Of a stretch of DNA of 64,000 nucleotides, positions 53,052-64,000 are shown one piece after another. Made by a program: the position numbers and the translations under genes. The stretch lies in contig OZ024742.1 of the NCBI GenBank assembly GCA_964016885.1, positions 291,400,001 through 291,464,000 of the forward strand, in the 5' to 3' direction. Position 1 is the stretch's first letter; each line of letters starts with the position of its first letter. The notes beneath the pieces were generated by a model. That model saw nothing but the letters and a program-made list of their open reading frames with translations, ran no database searches and was not told the origin of the DNA. This DNA is from Eledone cirrhosa (taxonomy: Eukaryota).

Positions 53052-54520
53052 ACATGATGGCTGCCCCCTCGTTATCGAGTATGGCCATTGCACGATATAC
53101 CATTATTAATAATTATTAATTAATCCTATCGTGCCTGTGTATGAAGATATTTTTTAAAGTGATGAAAGACTGTGCACTGTGCCAATCCCACTCCCTGAGT
53201 GACAGTAGCTATAACCCGAAAAGAAGAAAAGATCAACATCATCGGTAACTACTGACCGCATGTTTTATATTGGAGTTATCCCAGTTTCCTGAGTTGCCTT
53301 CTAGAAGAATGCCCTGACAAAGGCTAGGGGTCCTTCACTCCCAGTGGTTTAACCGTGTGATCGGGTATCCAGCCCAATTATTACATACACATGCATACAT
53401 ATAGTTACATATATGATGGCTGCAAACTCGTGTTCGAGCATTGCCATCACCTGATAAAATGCTAAAAAATGTGAGGCACGAATGTGGCTCTTTAAACCAA
53501 CTGAAGACTTGTACCCTCTGGCACATATATGGCAACTGTAGGCTATTCCGGGACTTTCCATTGCTTTATATGGATGTGTGTTCTCATGTGTCTTTTGAGA
53601 CTTCCCATGCTAACAAATAATTTGTTCAAATTGATCAGACGATGTATGTGGTTGAAATTTTTTTAAGTGAAGAAAAGCCTTGCACAGAACTAATCACACT
53701 CTCTAAGCATGGAGAGCATGTACCGAAAAGTAGAACTGGTCAACATCATCGGGTGCCCTCAAAATTGCAGGTATTTATTCAGAGTTTCCCTCTCCTAGAG
53801 AAGTGTTGTGACAACAGCTAAGGGGGCATCTCACTCCCAGCGGGCTATATATACATACATACATACATAGACATACACACATACACATACATATATATAT
53901 ACATGCATACATATCGTAGCTGCCAACTCGTTTTCGAGTACGGCCACTACTTTATATCCATGTAGGAGAACCCCTACCGATGCGCTGAACGAGTGTGACT
54001 TTTTAGTCCAGCCAGCGACTTGAAAACTGGTACAAACACTACACTTGTGACAATTATTGACACATAGTGCTGGGCCGATGGTACCATGTAAAAACAAGTG
54101 CAGAGAGATCTCCAGATATAAAGCAATGCCTGTGCCGTGAAGCTTTTATAGTGAGCAAAGGCACTGCACAAAGCCAGTCCCACTCTCTTAACCAAGATGA
54201 TATTTACCAAAAAGAATAACAAGTCAACATCATTGGATACCATCAGGGTTGCAGGTGTTATATCAGAGTTTTCCTTCTCCTAGATTTCTGCCTTGACAAA
54301 GGCTAAGGGGTCATCTCTCCCGGTGCTTTTGGATGGCCATTGACTCTTAAGAGTTCCTTTGCCCTTTGACAGGTTTTGTTTTTAGTCCTGCAGGATGTCC
54401 AAAGTTACCCTTCTCACCAAGAAACCTTGGTGGGGTTGCCAGTTTAGTCACCAACGACCCGACCATGAGACAGGTTGTACTGGGATACATGTTACCAGTA
54501 GCACCAACTGGTGACCTGAC
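53052..54520 (-). mobile_element. Three head-to-tail internally deleted (bipartite) RTE-derived elements
   Basis: Units at about 53052-53380, 53413-53848 and 53913-54520 share a 5' block (..CTAGGAGAAGGAAAACTCTGA..GATGATGTTGAC..CACTT) and a 3' end (ATGGC..CTCGA..CGAG..GCAGC..(TATG)n). Two retain C2H2 remnants (CHICARGYKSSVGLKSH; CSVC..KSLAGLKSH). Confidence 0.75.
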
Positions 54521-54559
54521 ATACATACATATACATACATACATACACACATACATATA

Positions 54560-55402
54560 TATATATCTTTTACTCTTTTACCTGTTCCAGCCATCCAGCT
54601 CAGGCCATGCTGGGGCACCACCCTTGTTGCTACACCTTCTATCTCCAGCCTGTGTTGGCTGGCCATTGGTGTAAGAGGGAGTTCGTTGCTGCTACCCTTA
54701 AGTTACCTTAGTACCATGCTGTGGGCTCATCTGGGATCCTGGATAGCAGGGTGTCGAGATGTTTCTTGAAAATATCCATGTCCACACAATGCAGATCTCT
54801 CAAATTCCTAGGCAGCTTGTTGAAGAGTTGAGAGCCTTTGAATCCCAGGCTATTGCAATATCTGCTCTTTATTCTAGATGTGGACCTTTGACACCACACA
54901 GTGACGCCCTGTTCGGGGGTTGGTCCAGCTTTCAATGCCAACGTTTGGTGCTACTCCCTCCAGGATTTTCCAGATGTATATCACTGCGTATCTCTCCCGT
55001 CTTCGTTCCAAGGAGTAGAGTTTCAGTTCTTTTAGCCTCTCCCAGTAGCTTATCTCCTTCATCGTCGCAATCCTCTTGGTGTAACTTCGTTGGATTGCCT
55101 CAAGTTCCGTGGTTAGTTTGATATTATGGGATGACCACAGCTTCCTCCTTTATGGATAGGGCATGTTGTGCCTCCTTTTAGCTCTCTGGGAAGTTTACCT
55201 TTAGTCAAGGAACTTCTGAAGAGGGTCATCAGTGGGGTTGCTAAGGCACCCTTACATGTTTTTAGGAGGACTGCTGGGAATCCATCAGGTCCAGCAGCTA
55301 AGTTTGTTCTAATTTCGTCTATGGTGGATACCACATCATCCTCCATTATGTCTATGTGGTTGATGGCTGCCATTTCTTCATGGAATGTTATAGCATCAAA
55401 GA

Positions 55403-55405
<3 letters not shown>
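54560..55405 (-). mobile_element. CR1/L2-group LINE remnant with the RT core deleted
   Basis: AAGPDGFPAVLLK..CPIHKGG joined at about 55135 to SYWERLKELKLYSLERRRER..LFNKLP; 3' end GTGCCCCAGCATGGCC..GTAAAAGA. Confidence 0.85.
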
Positions 55406-55439
<34 letters not shown>

Positions 55440-55442
<3 letters not shown>

Positions 55443-57061
55443 GGTGTGGACAATATTTGTTCGCAATTTAACAAAGTGCAGGGCAATAAAGATAGACGGT
55501 AGTCACGGAATAGGCAGACCTAGAAAAACCTGGGACGAGCTGATAAACTCCGACATCACACACTTACACCTCTCCAAGACAATGTCACTGGACCGAGACC
55601 TTTGGCGGTACTCAGTAACAGAGAAGACCCGCCTTACCTAAATATATAGTAAAACCTACTCCAGCCAGTAGGCATCTCTAACAAAATACACCCATCCCAC
55701 CACCACCACCCCCACCCCATCCACACCACCCCGTTCTATGTAAAGTTATGTTGGTGCCGCGCCATCGAGGCCGAAACAAATGAGATCGTGTAGGTGTCAC
55801 GACAAAAAAACACACAGTCCACGCTGTAATGTGGCCGTGTAGGCAACACGGTAAAAACCTCCCAGACCCACACTGTAAATGTGGTTGGTGTTAGGAAGGG
55901 CATCCAACTGTAGAAAACCTGCCAGACAGTCCTATGCGAGCAAGACAATCACTCTTGCCTCAAGTGGGACTACCCCCGTCCAAACCCATGCAAGCGTGGA
56001 ACACGGACGTTAAGCGTTGATGATGATGATGATGATGATGAATTTACAACTGCTAATTTTATGCAAATTTTTTTACTTCCATTGTCACTCATGTCTTCAT
56101 AAAAACAGTGACTATATTTCCATTATTTATTTTCAGAATAATTGATTATGAATAATTTTGAACCTCCAAATTTGTGGAAGAGACACGGAGTTCTTCTTGG
56201 AATCCGCGCCGGGAGGACAAATAAGGAAATTTTAGACTTTCTCAGTGTCAGCAAGAGAATGGTGGAAAAGGTCAGAAAGGAATTGGAAGATTCAGGATTC
56301 GACTACGGAGCAACATCAGAGAGGAAACACATGATCGACGATCTGACGTCTTCAGAACGCCTGAGTTCATCGCTGAAGTTCAGGATATCATCAACAATGA
56401 ACCTAGCAAGTCGATGCGTGCCATTGCAAGGGAGAAAGGCGTGGATAAAAAGCTCATTAGGCTGGTGGTACATGAAGACAATCGCTACGTTTCATACAAG
56501 ATGAGGAAAGGACAATTTCTGTCAAAGGCGATGCAAGAAAAGCAACTGAAGCACACAAAGAAGCTGATCAACAAGTTGAAACACCCACTGGATCCAGACA
56601 TGCTGTGGTTTTTCTCCGACGAGAAGCTCAACTCCCAGAACAACAGGTGGCTCGCTGTCTCATCCAAAGACGTGCTCAGAGTCATGTAGACAAAGTTTCC
56701 AGTGACAACATTGGTCTTAGGTGTTGTCAGCAGTCAAGGTGACGTCATGCTACCTCACTTCTTCCCTGATGGCCTCAAGCTGAACACCAATGGCTACATC
56801 CACGCCGTACGTGTGGCAGCAAGACTCAGCGCCCTGCCATACCAGCCGAAAGACCCAAGTCTGGCTGTCAGAGAACTTCGTCGACCACACTTCACCTGAC
56901 ATCTGGCCTCCCAGCTCGCCTGACTGCAACCCCCTCGACTTCTTTGTGTGGGGCGCAGTGGAACGAGACACCAACAGATCTAGCTGCAATACGAAAGACG
57001 ATCTGAAGGCCAGGATCACAAGTGCCTTTAGGGGCCTAAGTTGGGGGACAGTGACGAAGGC
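55440..57061 (+). mobile_element. Second DD37D (maT) copy, interrupted and lacking its right end
   Basis: Left TIR at 55440; sequence resumes at 56041; transposase 56148-57060 has frameshifts and deletions; ends in a CA/TA microsatellite. Confidence 0.93.
55471..56040 (+). mobile_element. RTE LINE 3' fragment nested in the maT element
   Basis: Matches 30049-30573; flanked by AATTTA at 55465-55470 and 56041-56046. Confidence 0.93.
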
Positions 57062-57230
57062 ACACACACACATATATATATACATACATACACACATATA
57101 TATATATATACATACACACACACACACATATATACATACACACACATATATATACATACACACACATATATATATACAGATACACACATATATATACATA
57201 CACATACATCTATCTATATATACATACATA

Positions 57231-57530
57231 AGACCTGACTTCCCACAGGTACAAGTCGAAGCTGAAGCATAGACAATATTCCCCCACCCCCTCCCACTGA
57301 AAAGTGGTCGTGGAGGTGCCACAGCAAAAAAGCACCCAGCCCACACTGTAAAGTGGACGTGTAGGCGCCACAGAAAAAAAAGCACCCAGCACTCACTGTA
57401 AATGAGGTTGGTGTTAGGAAGGGCATCCAGCTGTAGAAATCAAGCCAAAATCAGTTCCCATATGAGAAAGACAAGGTCACATGACCCAACTTGACAAACC
57501 CGTCTAACCCATGTTAGTGTGAAAGATAAA
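57231..57530 (+). mobile_element. RTE LINE 3' UTR fragment
   Basis: Colinear with 17963-18255. Confidence 0.85.
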
Positions 57531-57585
57531 ATATATATATATACATACACACACACAGATATACATATCTATACATACATACACT

Positions 57586-58375
57586 TGTAGCGAAATCTAT
57601 CCGCGCCTTGAAACTTGGGTGACACCTAAAGGTCAAATTCTAGGTCAACACCCTTTTGGTGTAGACAGGTTGATGTGTTGACTATCCCCTCAAGGGGGGG
57701 GGGGGGGAGACAGGAAGCGATAGGTATATAAACCCTATATTTTCCCAGCTTAGACACAGAGACATCGGTGCGCTAGGATACACAACAAATTATGTAAAGA
57801 TTAACTGCTAACTTCAGACCCCAGAGGTCTACAGAAATGCCAGATACATCAGAGCATTACACCTATAACTAACTATGTAAGGATTCACCACTATCAATAG
57901 ACCCCATGAGGTCTACAGAAATACCCAGAGCGATTGGAGCCCTATTACTACAGAACACAAATGTGGAAGATTTACCACTGTCTGCAGGCCACGGTAGTTC
58001 ACAGTTACGACAGACCATAACAGACGTATACAAACCATATCTCTCTCTCTCTTACTAACTACGGTCTCACAACTACTACTACAGACTCCAAATTCCAACA
58101 ACAACAACAATTATCTGTCGCTCGCTATTTTCACACCAACTACAGACTACAACAGCCTTACATCAACAACAAAATAATATTGTCAATCTTTGCAACTTAT
58201 GGTAACTTGTTTATTGTACCTTTTAATTGATTCACGTGATGTAAACCATATATAACCAAATCATTTATTCTTTATATTCTCGTCATTACACCTATTCTTT
58301 ATATTTTTGTTATTTCAACTATTATTCATGTTACCACATCTAACAACTCTGTTATAATCATTTCTAATAACTACA
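57586..58375 (+). mobile_element. Probable solo LTR
   Basis: TGTAG...CTACA termini, TATA-like TATATAAA at about 57726, short internal tandem duplication, AT-rich 3' part. No matching target-site duplication seen. Confidence 0.45.
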
Positions 58376-59910
58376 TATAACCATATATTAACTTAAAAAT
58401 ACCCTTCGTTAAACACTCACACACGTAATAACAATTAATAGTGCTGCAATCAAATGTGGCTTTTTAGCCCAGCCAATATCTAAAATGTCTTGCACAGAGT
58501 TGGCAACCAAAACATTCACTGGGAATAGCTGGATGAGGTTGGAGTTCATGTACTTTTGCATGTCGTTTGAGCCCTCCTGCTGATTTACACTCTCTACCAC
58601 ATGCTTGGCAGGCATGATGAGTAGCATCTCCAACAGCAGCCTGGTAGTCAATCACTGGTCTCACTTTATGACTGCGAAGATGACTTTTGAGTCCAGCTTT
58701 GCTGAGGCAGTTTCGCACAGACGCTGCATGCCAGCGCCATAGTAAAACCTTCACTGTCTGGAAATGCAACAGCACTGTCCTTCCTCACATCCCTTTTTAC
58801 TTTCTCTTATGCAATTCGAGATGCCTCAAAGGCAACTTTCTCTTCACATACAGTCTTTCTCCATTTATTACAATTAGCAGCTACGTTTTCCCATGTATCA
58901 GCAGAGATGTTAGCGTCTTTCAAAGAGGCTTTCAACGAATCCTTATACCCATTTTTTTGGTTTATGTGGAGGTTATTTTCCTTTAACAAACTCTCCATAA
59001 AAGAGTTGTTTCAGTATTCTAAGATCCTTCATCCTGCTTAAGCACAAGAGCTTCTATACTGTCACACAGAGAGCTTTCCAAAATCTCGACATCACTGATG
59101 TGGTCCCTCCAGTGAACGCCATGGATCCGTCTGAGACACATCTGATGGAAACGCTCCAATTGTTTAAGGTGGTGTCGATATGTGACCCAGGTTTCACAGG
59201 CATAAAGAAGAGAAGAGAGCACACATGCCTTGTGCACCTTTACCTTTGTCTTCTTGCAAATGTCTCGCCGACCCCAGAGGCACCTTTCTAGCTTTCCGAA
59301 CGCATCAATTGCTTTCTTAATCTCGAGTGGAATTTCATTATCAAGATTGCTGTATCGATTGACAGTGCTTCCCAGGTAGACAAACTGATCAACCACTCCA
59401 AGCCATTTACCATACACATAGATATTTGGCTCACTGTACTGCTTACCAGGGGTAGGTTGGTACATGACGACGGTTTTCTTGAGACTGACAGTCAATCCTA
59501 GGGCAGTACAAACATCAGAAAATGCATTCAAAATGTGCTGCATATCACTGTGTGTGTGCAACAAGATCGCAATCATCTGCATACAAGAGGTCTCTTATGA
59601 TTGATGTAAATACTTTTGTTTTTGCAACAAAGTGCCTGATGTTAAATATGCTGCCTGAGGTTCGATATTGGATGTAAACACCATGCTCGCAATTCCTGAA
59701 TGCAATATAGAAAACCATTGCAAAGTATATGGCAAACAGGGTCGGTGCTGGAATACCCCCTTGTTTCACTCCATCTGTTACTGAGACAGGCTCTGACATG
59801 TTATCTCTAACATTAACCCAAGCCTTCATTGAAAAACCTAACCAAAGAAAGGAACTTATCAGAGCAACCAAGTTTCTAGAGAACCTCTTCCACAATGCAT
59901 TTCTGTATAT
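58376..59910 (-). mobile_element. RTE/BovB-like LINE 3' part with tandem C-terminal C2H2 zinc fingers, degraded
   Basis: GVKQGGIPAPTLF, RDLLYADDC, FVYLGS, LLYACETW; then ..SKAGLKSHLRSH, CQACGRECKSAGGLKRHAKVH and CQLCARHF.. Confidence 0.9.
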
Positions 59911-62131
59911 ATAAAAGGACATGCCAGTGGCATATCACAAAATCAAATTTCATCTGAGGATACCATTCTCATAACAACAAATGCATGAATTACATCTTGA
60001 TTGCATGGGAGAACCATTGAAATTATAATGAATAAATGTAACATCAGTATCTTTATTAATGTTGTTATTATATATAGATAGATATAGATATGTTTCTTTA
60101 TTTATATATAAATAGATAGATAGATACAAAGTCTATTTTTAGAACCGTTGAGTGAGTTATGAATTTTTGTTGAATTTTAGCTTCAATGCACATTTCTGAC
60201 AATAAAAAATAGTTTAATAAGTTGGGCATATAAGCCCCTGGATGGAAAATATATATATTGTGTGTGTGTATCATTGTCTATACCTGAGTTTACATTTGCT
60301 AATATAACTACAAATTAGAGGTGTGATGAAAAAGATATATAGACTGATAAAGTAAGTACCAAACTTTAAAAAAAGTACAGGGGTTGATACGGTTGGCTAA
60401 AACTCCATCAAATTAGTGAGCTCTAGCATGGCTGCAATCTAATAATTGAAGCTAGTAAAAGAATATAAGAATAATATAAAAATAACAATTAAATCAATAA
60501 ATAAATACACCAAAATATATTTAGATTGCAATTTTTCTACCCTTGAATTGACAAGATTCTCAGGCAATCAATTCTTAGGTGTAAAATGAAATGGAATCCT
60601 ATTAAGTATTGTGGTAAATGGATTTAGATGTAGCAAAGTAGGAGGTAATGAAGTTTGGTTCAGTAGAGATTTACAAGACTTGACAATGGAGTTTGGATGA
60701 TAATGGTAAGCAGGAAGTTAGAAAAAGAAAGAATAGTGGTAGAGAGGTTTGTGAGGACAGAAATATAGGGAGAATAAGAAATTTTCTTCAAGTACATTAT
60801 CATCAACATCATGATTGCTATCATCACCCTCACCACCATCAATATCATTACACCCATCATCATTATGGCATAGCATCACTGTATACATGACAGGATTCTA
60901 CACAATATCCATCAGCCAAATTCCACTCACAAGGAAGACACCATACAGTGGGACAGAACCCAGAACCACACGGTTGTGAAGTGAGCTGCTTAACCACACT
61001 ACCATGCCTGCACCTAACACAGGTTCAGTCATTGTTGAGCTGTTGTTAAAGATATACACTGTAAATATACCACATACACACACACACAAAGTACAAACTA
61101 CACACATACACACACAGCATTCTCTAGATATTCACAGATGTCAGTTTGATTTACTAACACAATGACATCTAATAGAAAGTCATTCCACACTCATACACAC
61201 ATACATATGTATATATATATACATACACATATATATACATATACACACATATATACAGGCACACACACACACGTATACATAAACACAGGCACACACACAC
61301 ACACACACATGTATGTGATAAACTGCCATTGGTTCTGACAGTCAGTGAGTGTTCCAGTTATTTGATGAACAGAATGGCCTGTTCTTGAAATTAACAGGCA
61401 AGTGACTGAGCATTCCACAGATACATGCGCCTCTCAGTATAGTTCCCTGGGAGATTCAGTGTGATAAGGCTGGTCCTTTGAGTTACAACTCTGATTTGTC
61501 AGCTGAGTAGACTGAAGCAATGTGAAATAAAGTATCTTGCTCAAGGACAAAACATGCTGCTGGAAAACAAACTCACAACAATATGCTTGTGAGCCAAACC
61601 TCCTAACCACTAAGCCATGTACCTTCACGCTCACACAACTGTCATTCCTATGCAATAGCTTTGTTTCATTGTATATATATATATATTTACACACAAGTAC
61701 AGGCTTATAGAAGTTAATTTAATTTACTATCTCAATGTCATCCAGTAGAACTAATATACACCCCCTCCCCATACACAGCCAGATGTGTGTATATATATAT
61801 ATACACATACACAGCATATATATGTAGAGGTTCACAGAATATAGTATAATTTACTAAGTGAATGATATCCAGTAGAATACACACACATACACACAGGTCC
61901 ACATAAGTCAATATGATTTACGAAACTCCATGACATTTAATAGAAACTCAATACGCACACAGAGATATACACACGCACCCACACACAATTATTACTATTA
62001 CACACACAAATACATACAATGATCTCTAGTGGAAACTCAATCCCAGAATCCATTGTAAATTGTCTGATTTAGATTGGTTTATTGTTTAGTTGGCTTACAT
62101 TACCATAGCTCACACAGGTAGATCTATTATG

Positions 62132-62161
<30 letters not shown>

Positions 62162-62162
<1 letters not shown>

Positions 62163-63420
62163 TAGTTGTTATATAGTAAGGTGCATTATTGGTTGTGTAA
62201 AATGGTCCAATAACTTTATGTTAGCAATATTAAGTTCTCCAGCTTTTGTATATCTCCAATTCCATTCAAGGGAACAGCTAGATGATGTAAAACGGAGTAT
62301 AAGTATCAAAATGAAAATCCGAAGGCAAGGTAAAATTCCAATCATTTAATCACAACACATGTTTCAATAAGAGATAGATCGATTGTGAAGCCATGATCGA
62401 TTATCACTGATCTCATCAGGTGAAAATGAATTGTCTTCAAATTCTTGATATGAGGGAGAAAAAAAAACCGATGTTCTCTCACAGAATTCATTCCCTCATA
62501 TGGAGACACACCAGTCAGAAACACAGCGACTGCTATTAACTTCAGTTGAGGTCATAAAACTTTTCAGATTTCTATCGCTGCAAAAGACGCTGGACATCAA
62601 TCAAATCTGTAGGGATACAGTCAGTCACAGTTAAAAGTGAGTGGGTACACACACACTCCACACCCACATACATCGGCTCGAGGTCAAAGAAAAATATATA
62701 CATATATATACACACATCAACACAGTATTAAACCCATAGAGTTAGTGTGGGTGGGTACACACACTCTCTTTCACACACCGAAGCGATGTCCGAGAAAAAA
62801 ACAAATATAATAAAACAAATATAAGAATGTACCAACACAGCACTCACCGAAAATTAGTTCACAAAGCAACAGAAGCTATGTTGGTCAAATCTCAATTTGA
62901 CGATGTAAACTCGAAATATTGGGTTAACCAATAACTGAAAATTAAGCAACACATCATTTTATACAACAACAAACATAGTCATAACGCTCTCTCCATCGCT
63001 CTTCCCTCTCTTCATGCTTTGAGGTTTAACACACCTCCCTATAGTTTCTTAGCTTTACTCTCTCCGTCGCTCTTCCCTCTCTCTATAATAGATCATTCCC
63101 CCTCTCTATAATTTAACTGCCTTACTCTCTCTGTCGCTCTTCACTCTCTATATGACAACACTGTTTTACACACCTCCTTATAGTTTCTTAGCTTTACTCT
63201 CTGTCGCTCTTCCTTCTCTCTAAAATAGATTATTCCCCCTCTCTATAATTTAACTGCTGGGGGAGTCATTGGAGTTCCGTATTGACATACAGCTTTTCTG
63301 GGCCATTTTAAATCGGGTTATTGCAAATAACAACCCGCAAAATAACACTTCATATAACAGATTAATGCTATAGACATATGAATCGGAATGTTTAAATTAT
63401 TTTTTTTTATGACTTTAATT
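62162..63420. mobile_element. Possible internal region of a non-autonomous Helitron
   Basis: Starts sharply after (TA)n, is richer in CpG than the flanks, has internal duplications (62633-62780; 62985-63260) and runs into the helicase remnant. Termini not identified. Confidence 0.35.
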
Positions 63421-63747
63421 GGTTAAATATTAATATGACAACACTCATAGTGTTGTACTTCTGGTAATTCTGCCGAATACACTGCCAAGGATGAACATTT
63501 TCCCTCAGCGTCAGATATCCCGTTCGATTTCCGGCGATCCCAATTCCCGGTGAGACCATGTTTTGCCATGTCCATTAACAAGTCACAAGGGCAAACATTG
63601 CCGGTGGCAGGCATCCATTTGGGGGAGCCATGCTTCTCCCATGGCCAACTTTATGTTGCCTGTTCCCGTGTAGGGAGCAGGAATGGACTTTTTGCTTACA
63701 CTCCCCAAGCGATGAAACGCAATATCATCTACAAAGAGGTGCTATAG
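63420..63747 (+). pseudogene. Helitron PIF1-family helicase C-terminal fragment
   Basis: SDIPFDFRRSQFPVRPCFAMSINKSQGQTL..FSHGQLYVACSRV..NIIYKEVL* (in frame from 63511), the typical end of Helitron RepHel proteins. Confidence 0.93.
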
Positions 63748-64000
63748 ATGTTGGTGCAGGTGTTGGAGCTATGCCATCTGGAAAACTATTTCCTGGTAGG
63801 GTCACCCATGGCGGACAGATCTGACACCCAGCGGCATCAGGGCCACCATCTTGCAACTTTGGTCTGCTAAATTCGCTATTGGAAAATTATTAACCCATCA
63901 TTGATTGTCCAAAATGCTAATTGGTTCGTAACTTTTAATAACCGGTTCAACTGCTTTATGCACTTAATTGATAAGCTTATCCGTTTTCAAGCCACGTTTA

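Overview
AT-rich, microsatellite- and retroelement-dense animal DNA, most likely an octopus (inferred from the SINE/RTE repeat types and (CAT)n/(TACA)n tails; not verified). Most or all of the window appears to be intron of a minus-strand CDP-diacylglycerol synthase (Cds) gene. Two coding exons are visible (29736-29857 and 24126-24222); they splice in frame and give the diagnostic [35 protein letters not shown] peptide. I could not find the first exon or the next downstream exon. The rest is transposon sequence: two RTE-clade LINE groups in many copies, a CR1 LINE whose ORF2 is broken by only one base, two DD37D (maT) Tc1/mariner copies, piggyBac-type TTAA MITEs, a Penelope-like fragment, a probable solo LTR, a Helitron helicase remnant, tRNA-derived SINEs and minisatellites. 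The most notable unexplained signals are: (i) a tandemly amplified 48-nt RNA motif with pseudoknot-compatible covariation, shared by a LINE 3' UTR and a SINE; (ii) three long inverted repeats plus inverted LINE pairs bracketing the Cds exons (dsRNA, editing and circRNA potential); (iii) a head-to-tail trio of internally deleted RTE derivatives, two with C2H2 remnants. None of this was checked by database search or folding software.
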